NCBI GenBank assembly: GCA_964578745.1 | Contig: CAZODZ010000003.1 | Location: forward strand, 265-64,264 | Source of the DNA: an uncultured Dehalococcoidales bacterium | GTDB taxonomy: Bacteria; Chloroflexota; Dehalococcoidia; GIF9; AB-539-J10 | Direction of reading: 5' to 3' | DNA: 64,000 bases | Part shown: positions 18,809 to 28,246 of the stretch, piece after piece | Layout: every line of letters starts with the position of its first letter | Numbering within the stretch: the stretch's first letter is position 1 | The notes under the pieces: generated by a model | Seen by the model: the letters and a program-made list of their open reading frames with translations, nothing else | What the model was told of the DNA's origin: nothing | Databases searched by the model: none | Made by a program: the position numbers and the translations under genes

Positions 18809-19348
18809 ATGACCGAGATACGCAGAGATGATGAACGATTCCCCCGCATCGAACGGGAGCAGCCGCAGCTGCCTGAGGGCTGGACGGAGCTGCGTAGGGC
18901 AAAAGCTTCAGCGAAGACCGGATGGACATACTACCGCGAACTGGTGAAGCTTCTTCATGACGAGCTGGGCGAGAAACATACCGCCACCATACTGTGCAGA
19001 CTGATGAAAGCCATGGCCCACCGATATTTCGATGCATCCATGAAGAAGTTCGGCGTGGAAGGGAATGACGCCTGGGCACTTGCTAGTTACTTCAAGCTGG
19101 CCACCGGCGACGTGATCGGCTACAAAGCGGAGCTGATACAGGAGGGCCCGAAGAAGGTCGTGTACCGCCTCTATCCGCCGTGTCTCTGGTTTCCCGACCT
19201 GGATATTCCTCCCAGCTTCTGTCTCGCGGAAGACTGTTTCGAAGAGGAGGTCGTCCGTACCCATAACCCGGCAGTCAGAGTCTATTGTCGTTCACTGCTC
19301 ACATGGGGGGACCCTTACTGCGAGACGGTCTTCGAGGATGTGGGCTGA
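18809..19348 (+). CDS. Hypothetical Cys-rich protein (180 aa)
   Basis: ATG at 18809 follows GGAGGA. Translation starts MTEIRRDDERFPRIE... and has a C-terminal Cys cluster (PPCLWFPDLDIPPSFCLAEDC...YCRSL...PYC). The ORF-track 5' extension overlaps the membrane-protein gene on the opposite strand and is rejected. Confidence 0.45.
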   Translation: MTEIRRDDERFPRIEREQPQLPEGWTELRRAKASAKTGWTYYRELVKLLHDELGEKHTATILCRLMKAMAHRYFDASMKKFGVEGNDAWALASYFKLATGDVIGYKAELIQEGPKKVVYRLYPPCLWFPDLDIPPSFCLAEDCFEEEVVRTHNPAVRVYCRSLLTWGDPYCETVFEDVG

Positions 19349-19362
19349 CAGAGGCGGTGTAC

Positions 19363-20064
19363 TCACACCCGAGTTGCACTGTGCCGCTTGATGGCATGAA
19401 AGGCACAGTGCGGTGCCCCCTTTGTGTCGACGAAGTGCAGCAGCGTGCCCGGTGCTTCCGAGGTCTCCACCAGTTCCATGCCGAGAGCGGAGATGGCACC
19501 GATCACCGACTGTTCGCTGTAGAGGATGAATGACCTGTCGACCCCGTAGTCATGGTCGTGCAGTGTCAGGATTCCTTCGCCGCACTTGAACATCAGTTGC
19601 AGAAGGCCGCCGGGACGCAGCACGCGGATGAGCTCCGGGAACGTGACAGCGAACGTGTCCTCAGCCGGTATGTGCTGAATCACTGCATTGCAGAGGACAA
19701 GGTCGAAGGTCCCTGTCTCATACGACAGGGGTTTGCTCAAGTCGGCGACCGAGACCCGGTCGGCTATCTCAGGGTGCATCCTCCGCGCGGTATCCACGTT
19801 CTCCTGTACAGCGTCGATACCCCAGGCATCATATCCATCACACCACAGCTTGTAGACGTCACGTGCACCTGCTCCACAGCCAGCATCGAGCGCATGTCCC
19901 TCCGGCACAATCGCTTCCGCGCGCCGCAGAATATCCCAGTCGTTCTTCAGCCAGGGGAGGGATGAACTTGCGTACGTCGACTGTGTGAAGGAGTGCGCGA
20001 CCTCGGCATAGCGGCTTGAGTGAAGGCGGTAGAATCCGGCTGATGTGTCAGGCTGGTGTGACAT
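19363..20064 (-). CDS. Class I SAM-dependent methyltransferase
   Basis: 233 aa. LDAGCGAGARD is Rossmann-like motif I, and DLVLCNAVIQHIP...LRPGG resembles the Methyltransf_11-like post-I motifs. Confidence 0.7.
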   Translation of the reverse strand: MSHQPDTSAGFYRLHSSRYAEVAHSFTQSTYASSSLPWLKNDWDILRRAEAIVPEGHALDAGCGAGARDVYKLWCDGYDAWGIDAVQENVDTARRMHPEIADRVSVADLSKPLSYETGTFDLVLCNAVIQHIPAEDTFAVTFPELIRVLRPGGLLQLMFKCGEGILTLHDHDYGVDRSFILYSEQSVIGAISALGMELVETSEAPGTLLHFVDTKGAPHCAFHAIKRHSATRV

Positions 20065-20104
20065 GGGGATACATGGTAGCAGAAGAGTGGCGCCTGTGTG
20101 GTCC

Positions 20105-22513
20105 CTACTGTAGCCCCTGCTGTTCGAGGGGGAGGGTCACCTCAATCGTTGTGCCTCGGCCCTGCACGCCGTCGATGCTCAGCATGCCGCCGATTGACCT
20201 GACGCGCTCGCGCATGCCGATGAATCCGAAGGACATAGCACTCTCTGTCTCTTCAGCTGTCACCCCGCGGCCGTTGTCTGAGATGGCCAGAACGATGTGA
20301 GAGGGCTCCTTCTTCAAACTAAGCCGGGCACGCGTTGCCCCAGAATGCCGTGCAACGTTTGTGAGCGACTCCTGGCACACGCGGAACAGGGCAGTGGAGA
20401 TGGTCCCGTCAGGCGCCGCCGTCTCGTCCAGCTCGATGTCACATGGTATGCCGCTCTTCTCTTCGAACGTTCGCGCGAGCCACTCGAGGGCAGCTGTGAG
20501 GCCAAGGTCGTCGAGTACTCCGGGGCGCAACTCGGAGGAGATGCGTTGCACGGCGCGGATGGTGCTGTCGACCATTGACATCATTGTGCCCACCTTCTCA
20601 TGGATCACTGAGGGCGCCTCCCGGTCGTGTCGTGAAAGCCATGAGAGGTCCATCTTCAGTGCAGTGAGGGCCTGTCCCAGTTCATCGTGCAGCTCGCGGG
20701 CGATACCAGCCCGTTCCTGTTCGCGGGCCGATTCGAGATGCGCAGCCAGCTCCCGCATGCGTTCCCGTGAGCGGCGCAGTTCCTCTTCGATCTGGTTCCG
20801 CTCGGTGACGTCGCGCAGCACGCAGAGGATGGAGATGCGGCCATCCGGGTCTGTGAGTTGCGCCGCCATCAAATCGTACTGGTGCTGCCCGATGTTCCTT
20901 GACGTGCGGATGGTAGTGCCTGCCCCCTGTGTACAGATAGGTGTAGTGCAGGCATTGCACTGACCGTTATCGCTCAGCACCTTGCTGCACGGGTCGCCGG
21001 GCTGCAGCTGCAGCCTCTTCTGGGCTGAGGAATTGAGGAACTTGACCCGCCTGGACGGCCCGAAGATGATGATGCTGTCTTCCATCCCGTTGAGCCAGTG
21101 CTCCAGGTCTCGTCGGGCACGCACGGCGCCGCTGTACAAACGGGCGTTCTCCAAGGCTATGGCCATCTGGTTGCTGAGGACCTCGAGAAGGTGCCGGTCT
21201 TCGCCGGAATACTCGCGGGCTGAATACTTGGGGCCGAGAATGAGGAGGCCAGCCAGGCTACCGTGAGGCGATGTCATCGGGACGAGCAGGTGCGCCCCCA
21301 CGGCGTCGAGCAGCTCCCTCTCCCTGCTTGAAAGGCCCTGAAGGAGTGGTTCAATCTTGAGCATTCGGTGAACGAGTACTTCCGGGTGACTCTCAAGCCA
21401 ACGGATGAGTGTGCCGTCAGCACGAAGGGACCCGGGTCGGGGAACGTGCTGGAGACCTTCACAGTGGAACAGCTCAAGGGCCTCACGGCCTTCAGAAGGC
21501 AGAAAGAGGCAGGTGCATGAGGAGTGCAGAGCATCTGTCACGAGCCGCGTAAGCCGGCAGCCGAGTTCCGTCAGGTTCACACTGTGGTGGGCCTCCTCGC
21601 CAAATCGTTGCAACGCTCTCAGCGCGTCATATCGCTCCCGGAAGAAGAGTCGGTCGACGAGTTCACTGGCTGCCGTGTACAGAGGGCGTAGCAGCAGCGC
21701 CAGCAAAAGCACCAAGATGACATAACCCCAGAAGCTCTCAAGGCGCGTGCCCAAGTGTTTGTGTAGCACGAAGACGGTAATGACGTATGGCAGGGCGACC
21801 ATGACACCCAGCAGAAGGTATGTCAGCGTTCGCCGGGCGACACAGGGGATATCGAGCAGCCGGTACTCCAAGAGGGCGATGGCGGTTACTATACAGAAGA
21901 GGATGTTCGTCCATATGCCGACGGGAGGAAAGTCCGTGAAGATGTCGATCAGTGTGCCTACGAGTGGCAGAGAGGCCCCTATCATCAGGAACAGGAGACG
22001 GTTCCTCTCTTCATACGAGGAAGTGGTCAGGTACCGCCGCAGCAGCACGTAGACTCCGCACGCGAGCAGCGCCAGGGCGGTAGCTGACGCGGGGATGGCG
22101 AGGATGCCCGGCACCGGGGCGTAGCCGTACTCAGCAATCCGCAGGTCCTCAACGAGTAGGCCCAGTGCACTGGCCAGAGCAAAGCCGGCGACGAGCAGAT
22201 ACGATACGACGAGGGTGTGTTTGCGGCGGAAGGGGCCGGAGTATTCGAGCGAGAAGTGGTAGAAGCCGAGGAACATGACCATTATTGCTGCGGCTGCGCT
22301 TCTATCCCAGATGAGAGCGACATGTATGTCGTGGCTCATGCGCATCCCAAGGATGGATAGCGCCCATATCACAAGGCCGGTTGCCATGACGAAAAAAGCC
22401 CTGCGGCTGCGCGACGCCGGGGCCCAGCTCGCAACTATTGCGGCGATTATCACACCGACGATGGCGGCGACCGCTGGTGGCAGAACGTATGAGAGGGTCC
22501 CTATCTGTGTCAC
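20105..22513 (-). CDS. Sensor histidine kinase: N-terminal multi-TM (about 7TM) domain, GAF, PAS and HisKA_3/HATPase_c
   Basis: 802 aa with about 270 aa of TM helices followed by GAF-like and PAS-like regions. The H-box ELHDELGQALTALKMDL marks a HisKA_3 (NarX/DegS) type kinase. The N/G1/G2 boxes are also present (SDNGRGV...GFIGMRERV). Confidence 0.85.
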   Translation of the reverse strand: MTQIGTLSYVLPPAVAAIVGVIIAAIVASWAPASRSRRAFFVMATGLVIWALSILGMRMSHDIHVALIWDRSAAAAIMVMFLGFYHFSLEYSGPFRRKHTLVVSYLLVAGFALASALGLLVEDLRIAEYGYAPVPGILAIPASATALALLACGVYVLLRRYLTTSSYEERNRLLFLMIGASLPLVGTLIDIFTDFPPVGIWTNILFCIVTAIALLEYRLLDIPCVARRTLTYLLLGVMVALPYVITVFVLHKHLGTRLESFWGYVILVLLLALLLRPLYTAASELVDRLFFRERYDALRALQRFGEEAHHSVNLTELGCRLTRLVTDALHSSCTCLFLPSEGREALELFHCEGLQHVPRPGSLRADGTLIRWLESHPEVLVHRMLKIEPLLQGLSSRERELLDAVGAHLLVPMTSPHGSLAGLLILGPKYSAREYSGEDRHLLEVLSNQMAIALENARLYSGAVRARRDLEHWLNGMEDSIIIFGPSRRVKFLNSSAQKRLQLQPGDPCSKVLSDNGQCNACTTPICTQGAGTTIRTSRNIGQHQYDLMAAQLTDPDGRISILCVLRDVTERNQIEEELRRSRERMRELAAHLESAREQERAGIARELHDELGQALTALKMDLSWLSRHDREAPSVIHEKVGTMMSMVDSTIRAVQRISSELRPGVLDDLGLTAALEWLARTFEEKSGIPCDIELDETAAPDGTISTALFRVCQESLTNVARHSGATRARLSLKKEPSHIVLAISDNGRGVTAEETESAMSFGFIGMRERVRSIGGMLSIDGVQGRGTTIEVTLPLEQQGLQ

Positions 22514-24111
22514 CTTGCGGTTGCGACCCCCTGCAGCAACGCATTCAGCACAGTGTCGGACGCGTTCACATGAGGAGGCTTGAGGTGAGCGGGATCGGCG
22601 CCAGCCAGCTGTTGCCGCTCAGCATAGCGGTCGAATGTCCCCGCTGGGAGGATGGTCACCCTCACCGGTTGGTAGCCAAGGTAAGAGTCGATGTCCCGAT
22701 AGTCGGGGTCGGTGCGCTTCAACTGCCTGTCGATCATCGCCGCCAGCCCCTCCGGCGTGACGTCATCCTTCAGTTCGATGTACAGGCGGAGGAAGGCCTG
22801 ACCACCATCATACTCCTTGACGGCGGCCCAGTCAGCATAGCGCACGCCTGTGCTCTCTATTGCTTCCCATAGTGTGCGCTCGTCCAGGCACGTAAGTGCT
22901 GCGAGGTCGATTGTCTCGCCCACGCGTCGCTGGAAGTGCATGTGCGGCAGCCTGATGCCGGTCGCGTCGTCCCGCAGGCCAGTGAACTTGACAAGATCCT
23001 TCATGCGGTAACGAAGAAGCGGCATGCCGTAGAAGTGAGTTATGACGACCTCGTACAGCTCACCCTCTCGTACTTCGTCGAGCAGCACCGTGGCTGGCTG
23101 GTAAGACGGGTCTTCCATCCACCTCTCGACCTCGGGCAGAGGTATGAATTCGTAGAAAGCGATGTCAGGGAAGAAGTACATGCCGTCCTTCTTCCATGAC
23201 TGGACGGCGAGGACCATGGCCTCGGCGCAGGCATAGAACTCGCACGGCTCCGCGCCCCAGTAGCGAGTGATTGCTTTCTTGTAGATGGCGGTGTCCATGC
23301 CGGATGTGACGATAGCCTTGGATGGCCAGAGGTCGCGGGGCAAAACGGGACGGTGTTCGCGTCTCGCGCGTGCTCGTGCTCTGAACAGGCGGAGCAGTAC
23401 TGCCGGATGGAGCATGGCGGCCGTGAGGCTCGTCTTGCGCGTGTGCTGTTCGAATTGCTCGCCCATCTTGACCAGTACACTGGCGATTGCCCCGATAACG
23501 TCTACTCCATCCCTCAAGGCCAGCTGGAAGCCTGCTGCCACACGTCGCTGAAAGGGCATGTTGCCGGCGGTGTCACGGGGTGGGAGCGCCTTGAAGCTGA
23601 CGCGTTTGGCCAGGGAGTCAATCATGGAGCCGGACATGTATGGTGGAGGTGGTAGAACGAGCAGGAAGCGGAAGCCGGGCCCGTAGTTGATCTCCCCGCG
23701 CTGCCGCGCGGAAGCGAGCGTGACGATAGAAAGGCAAGCCTTGTTTGCCCGTTCCAGGAAGTCGGCACTGTGGGGAACCCACTTGAACTGCCCCTGCCGG
23801 CCGGAGGAATGACACCAGAGAGCCGGTTTGCAGGCAAGCACGTCCTCCCGCTGTTCGCTGAGGTACGGCGTATAGTCCTCGAAGGTCGTAAGTGGGACGG
23901 TGTGACGGAACTCGTCGACACTGCCGGGCTTGCTGTCGCCCATGATCTTTCTACCCAAGGTGCTCGACCAGACCCTTTCAATCTGGTCCAGCAGCAGCTC
24001 TTTCTGAATGGCCATGAACTCTTCAATGCTGAGATCCAGGAAGCCGCAGTACCGCTTCCAGAGTTCCCTGTGGGTCAACTTGTCGAAGTAAGCATCCTCA
24101 GCTCTCACCAT
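22510..24111 (-). CDS. GH3-family acyl-acid amido synthetase (adenylate-forming, ANL superfamily)
   Basis: 533 aa. VPLTTFEDYTPYL matches the GH3 motif VP.TYED..P.I, and SSGRQGQFKWVPHS matches the SSGTSxGxxKxxP nucleotide motif. Its stop overlaps the kinase start (ATGA). Confidence 0.6.
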   Translation of the reverse strand: MVRAEDAYFDKLTHRELWKRYCGFLDLSIEEFMAIQKELLLDQIERVWSSTLGRKIMGDSKPGSVDEFRHTVPLTTFEDYTPYLSEQREDVLACKPALWCHSSGRQGQFKWVPHSADFLERANKACLSIVTLASARQRGEINYGPGFRFLLVLPPPPYMSGSMIDSLAKRVSFKALPPRDTAGNMPFQRRVAAGFQLALRDGVDVIGAIASVLVKMGEQFEQHTRKTSLTAAMLHPAVLLRLFRARARARREHRPVLPRDLWPSKAIVTSGMDTAIYKKAITRYWGAEPCEFYACAEAMVLAVQSWKKDGMYFFPDIAFYEFIPLPEVERWMEDPSYQPATVLLDEVREGELYEVVITHFYGMPLLRYRMKDLVKFTGLRDDATGIRLPHMHFQRRVGETIDLAALTCLDERTLWEAIESTGVRYADWAAVKEYDGGQAFLRLYIELKDDVTPEGLAAMIDRQLKRTDPDYRDIDSYLGYQPVRVTILPAGTFDRYAERQQLAGADPAHLKPPHVNASDTVLNALLQGVATAR

Positions 24112-24826
24112 GCTCTCCTCCAGTGGTCTTGGTTCCAGAGACTATATGATCGCGATAGACCGGGTCTTGTTCGATGACATCGATCGCTGCGCCAAGCCGG
24201 AGAAACAGAGCTTCCAAGTCCCGGCGTGTGTATGTCGTTGGCCGGGGGCGCAGCATCAACGGGAGATAGACCAGCCCTGTCAGCAGCCCGGAGAGCGCAC
24301 CGTGTACCTTTGCCCCCGCTGTCGGCGCCCTGTTTCTGATTCCGTGGCGCAGAAGCGCCATGCCGAGACCGAGGCCTTCTCCTTTCGATGGGTAGCTGAT
24401 GACAAAGCGGCCCCCGGGCCTCAACACCCTCAGCATCTCGCGTGTAGCGGCCTCAGGCGACTCGACGAAGTCGGTCAAGTGGTACGCGAGAAGCCGGTCG
24501 AAGCTGTCTGGCCTGAAGCCCAGGCTGTGCGCGTCCATCAGAAGGAGCGACTGGGAGGTGCCGTTACCCTTGTGCCGTGCTCTCCTCAGTGCGGTGGCCG
24601 AGAAATCGATGCCGGTGAGTTGGAGATCCTGCTCGAACCGAGAGAGGTGAGAGAGTTCATTCCCTGTGCCAAGTCCGACGCAAAGGATGCGGTGCCCGGC
24701 CGAGGGTGCCAGCAGCCAGGCGAGGCGTTCCTGCACTTCTACGTAACGCAGTAGACGCGCTGTCGTGAAGTCATACAGTCGATTATAGACAAGGTCGAAA
24801 TAGATGCGCGCCAACATGGAACCCAT
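24098..24826 (-). CDS. Class I SAM-dependent methyltransferase
   Basis: 242 aa with ILCVGLGTGNE as motif I and LRPGGRFVISYP. Its 3' end overlaps the GH3 start by 14 nt. Confidence 0.7.
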   Translation of the reverse strand: MGSMLARIYFDLVYNRLYDFTTARLLRYVEVQERLAWLLAPSAGHRILCVGLGTGNELSHLSRFEQDLQLTGIDFSATALRRARHKGNGTSQSLLLMDAHSLGFRPDSFDRLLAYHLTDFVESPEAATREMLRVLRPGGRFVISYPSKGEGLGLGMALLRHGIRNRAPTAGAKVHGALSGLLTGLVYLPLMLRPRPTTYTRRDLEALFLRLGAAIDVIEQDPVYRDHIVSGTKTTGGEHGES

Positions 24827-24948
24827 TGGACCATTATAGCCAGACGGGCTTCGTTCTTGTGTGCTGCACCTGCCCTTAGACGCCCTCCACTGTATGATGA
24901 GGTCCGCAATTCACTGTAAGAAGAATGCCCATATGTCTCGTGTTGGTG

Positions 24949-25575
24949 TCAGGAAACTGTACCAGAGATGATGCCGGTAATCGCCAGGCCTCGCAGGATG
25001 AGGTTGACGGCTATCGCTGCAAGCAGGAGACTGAACACCTTCGATACAGCCCGGATGCCACCACGGCCCATGACGCTCAGAACGCGATTGCTGCTGAGAC
25101 AGATGAGCCAGGCAACAGCGACGTTGGCGAGAAAAGCTGTCAGCACGATGAAGAACGACATCTGAGCGGATAGCAGGAGAAGCGTCGTGATGGTTGCCGG
25201 TCCTGCGAGCAAGGGCGTGCCGATGGGTACAACCGCGACCATTTCCTCCTTAACGACGTCCATAGACCTGCCTGAAGTCATGTTCAGTATCGACTGCACG
25301 AGCAATACGATGCCGCCGGCGATTGCGAATGAACCCACAGAGATACCCATGAGTGAAAGCATTGCCTGACCGAAGAGGAGGAAGGCAAGCCCAACCCCAA
25401 GCGCCGTTAGGATGGCCACGTGCACTGAACGGCGGCGCTCCCTGTACGTGAGCCCCTCGGAAAGAGAGACGATAATCGGCGGCAGGGAGAGTGCATCAAT
25501 GGCTATGAACAGCGGTACGAAAGCCCCAAGAAAGGCAGGGAAGAACGCCACTGCGGACGACCATATCTCCCCCAT
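24949..25575 (-). CDS. MarC family (UPF0056) integral membrane protein
   Basis: 208 aa with about 6 TM helices. FPAFLGAFVPLFIAIDALSLPPII matches the MarC N-terminal consensus. Confidence 0.65.
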   Translation of the reverse strand: MGEIWSSAVAFFPAFLGAFVPLFIAIDALSLPPIIVSLSEGLTYRERRRSVHVAILTALGVGLAFLLFGQAMLSLMGISVGSFAIAGGIVLLVQSILNMTSGRSMDVVKEEMVAVVPIGTPLLAGPATITTLLLLSAQMSFFIVLTAFLANVAVAWLICLSSNRVLSVMGRGGIRAVSKVFSLLLAAIAVNLILRGLAITGIISGTVS

Positions 25576-25742
25576 CGCACTACGATGCTAGACAAGGCGC
25601 GGCGGTGTGTCAACACGCCGCCGGTGCGTGTACCTACACGAACGTGAGAAGTCGGCGCGGGTTCTCGACCATGACGGTCTGTATCACGGCATTGGCCACG
25701 CCCTTCTGCCCCATCGGTGGGACCACACTCTCCCCGTACCGG

Positions 25743-26687
25743 CTATGCCACTGGTACCGACAGGTCGGCCGGTCTCCAGTCTGACAGCTTCAGTTGCGGC
25801 GCGTGGCGGGACATGATCTCGCGGATGATGTCGGCCATCTTCACTTTCTCCCGCACAAAGTTGGCATGCCACGTTTCCTCGACCCATGGCTTGTACATGT
25901 CTGGCTCCGATTTGCCCGGTTCTATCTTGAAATAGCAAGGGGCCGCCACCCGTGCAATCTCGGGTGTCTCCATCAGCCGGTACTCGCCACCCATCGAATC
26001 GACGATGGCCACGTAGACGTCGAGCGTCATCCTCACCGCCTTCCTGATCGCGGCCAGTATTGGAAGCGAGACGTCTGAGGAGGGATTGAACGTGTTGGCG
26101 CCAAGAGACTCAACCACGCGTGCCCCGGCAGGGCTGCATTGGCCCGCAAACACCGAGCACTTGAAGACAGTCTCCTTCGGCACGAAACCCTCGGCACGCA
26201 TTTTGTTGACTATTGACAACACGCCTTCGTCGTAGACGAGAAATCCCCGGAAGCCAGCCTCAATGTTGCGCATCATGTCGGCAAGCCAGTAGGAGACGTT
26301 GTCGGACCCTCGCAGCCGTGCCCCCCACAGGGCGCCTTCCCAGTTCGACATCTCCTTCGAGCCCACATCCCAAGCCTTCCTGTGACCGACGGCCATGATA
26401 ACTTCGACGCCTGCCTCGTGGGCTATCTGCGCCATCTCTCGGAGTTCGGCCTTGTCGAGAAACGAGGAGCCGCCAACGGTTGCGATGGCCCTGTGTACGG
26501 GAATGCCTCTCTTTCTGGCTTCATCAACCATGGCCTGCATAGTGGAGGCCCGCTCGACACCTGAGATTTCGACCCTCCAGTGGGCCCCGTCAGGAAACTG
26601 CATCGTCGAGGTGGGTAATTCCCAGAGGTCACGGCCGGGTATGCCCATCTGTTCCATGAAACGGCGTATGTTGTCGAGTGTGCTCAT
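25743..26687 (-). CDS. Conserved hypothetical protein (alternating helix/strand pattern, possibly TIM-barrel-like), unknown function
   Basis: The internal ATG at 26687 has an AGGAGGG RBS. The protein is 314 aa and starts MSTLDNIRRFMEQMGIPG.... I could not assign a family. Confidence 0.4.
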   Translation of the reverse strand: MSTLDNIRRFMEQMGIPGRDLWELPTSTMQFPDGAHWRVEISGVERASTMQAMVDEARKRGIPVHRAIATVGGSSFLDKAELREMAQIAHEAGVEVIMAVGHRKAWDVGSKEMSNWEGALWGARLRGSDNVSYWLADMMRNIEAGFRGFLVYDEGVLSIVNKMRAEGFVPKETVFKCSVFAGQCSPAGARVVESLGANTFNPSSDVSLPILAAIRKAVRMTLDVYVAIVDSMGGEYRLMETPEIARVAAPCYFKIEPGKSEPDMYKPWVEETWHANFVREKVKMADIIREIMSRHAPQLKLSDWRPADLSVPVA

Positions 26688-26886
26688 CTCCTGCCCTCCT
26701 AAGAAGTCGTGCCTCGGGAGGTTGTCCCCGTTGGCACGGTGCCATTGTAGAGAGGATGACCTGTTGTGACAATGCAGCATGTGGGGGTGGATTCAGGTGC
26801 GGGCCCTGCATGGCCGGACGAACTCCCAACATGACTCGAATTGCATCGGGAACACGCTGCTGGTAGACTGGCTGTCCGCCTGTCGA

Positions 26887-28191
26887 ATGGACCATATAAT
26901 GGCAGCGTCGTACGAGTCGCCTGACCTTCTTTCCCGCAGGCGCTGGCTTGTTCTTGCAGTCGGCTTCCTTGTCATGTCGGTCGGCTTCGCTCTGCGCAAC
27001 TCGTTCTCAGTCTTCTACCCGGTAGTAGTGGCCGATTTCGGCTGGACCCGGGGAGGTGGCGCTGTCATGTTCTCCCTCAGTATCCTTGTGTACGGGTTGC
27101 TGTCGCCTGCGGTCGGCGGCCTCGTCGACAGGTTCAAGCCGCAGATAGTGGTCGCCACGGGAGTAGTGCTTCTGGCAGGCTGTGTTGCACTGTGCAGCCT
27201 GGCTACGGAGCAGTGGCAGTTCTATCTTTTGTACGGTGTCGGTGGAGCATGTGGGGTCGCTATGATGGGCATTGTGCCGCTTGCGGCGACCATCACACCA
27301 TGGTTCTCACGCCACAGGGCAATGGCGTTCGCGGTACTAGCTGCTGGATTCGGCGTGAGCCTGGTATCAGCCTCGCTCGTCCAATTCCTCATCTCCCTTT
27401 ATGGGTGGCGACGTGCGCTTCTGTGTGCAGGACTCTCAGCGATTGTCATCGTCGTTCCCGTCGTACTTGCGTTTCTGCGCAGGCCACCTTCGCTGCTGAT
27501 GCACAGAGAGGTGCCTGAGGCCGCAAGAGAGGCTGAGATGTCTGGGGAGCTACCATGCACTGCAGTGCATGGGGGGGCTGGCTGGCATGCGCGCGAGTGG
27601 ACCGTTAGGCGTGCGTTAAGGACGCCCCAATTCTGGATGCTGTGGGTCGCGGGTTTCTGCCAGCTCGGCTTGGCGGAGAAAGTGGCAATCGCTCACCAGG
27701 TGTACTTCTTCCGGGACGCGGGTTACAGTCCGGCCGCCGCGGCGTCGGTATACGCCGTGTTCGGAGCAATGTTTGTCGCTGGCACGCTGGCCAGTTCGCT
27801 CTCAGACAGGATGGGGAGGGAGAGACTGTATGTCCCCGCGTGTGCGCTTGCGCTCGTGGGCGTAGGGTTGCTGTTTGTGATTCCGGGCTCGAGTGTGTCG
27901 TGGCTGCCATATGTCTTTGCCGTCTGCTTTGGTATAGGAATGGGCATCATGCCTCCTGTGCTGTTCGCCTCGGTGGCGGACCTGTTTCACGGGAAATCGT
28001 ATGGAGGCATCCAGGGTACGGTTGCACTAGGCTTCTCTCTTGGTGGGGCTATCGGGCCATGGGTTGCTGGCCACATGCACGATGTTCTCGGCAGCTACGA
28101 CTCCACGCTTGTCATGCTGGTCGGGGCGCTGCTGGCAAGCGGCCTACTTGTTATTCTTGCAGCGCCGGGGCGCCATTCGTCGGTCTGCTGA
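26887..28191 (+). CDS. MFS transporter (oxalate/formate antiporter or monocarboxylate-transporter-like)
   Basis: About 434 aa with 12 TM helices. The start is uncertain between ATG 26887 and ATG 26899. Confidence 0.7.
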   Translation: MDHIMAASYESPDLLSRRRWLVLAVGFLVMSVGFALRNSFSVFYPVVVADFGWTRGGGAVMFSLSILVYGLLSPAVGGLVDRFKPQIVVATGVVLLAGCVALCSLATEQWQFYLLYGVGGACGVAMMGIVPLAATITPWFSRHRAMAFAVLAAGFGVSLVSASLVQFLISLYGWRRALLCAGLSAIVIVVPVVLAFLRRPPSLLMHREVPEAAREAEMSGELPCTAVHGGAGWHAREWTVRRALRTPQFWMLWVAGFCQLGLAEKVAIAHQVYFFRDAGYSPAAAASVYAVFGAMFVAGTLASSLSDRMGRERLYVPACALALVGVGLLFVIPGSSVSWLPYVFAVCFGIGMGIMPPVLFASVADLFHGKSYGGIQGTVALGFSLGGAIGPWVAGHMHDVLGSYDSTLVMLVGALLASGLLVILAAPGRHSSVC

Positions 28192-28246
28192 TCATTCTGC
28201 TTTGCGCATGGGCTTGCGACGCGTAGAATTGTACCGGAGGAGCCGC

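Noticed and set aside
28040-28246. N-terminal 69-aa extension of the MoxR ATPase ORF that overlaps the end of the MFS gene
   Set aside because: The internal ATG at 28247 has a strong GGAGGAG RBS, and AAA_5 proteins start near there. The extension overlaps the upstream gene.
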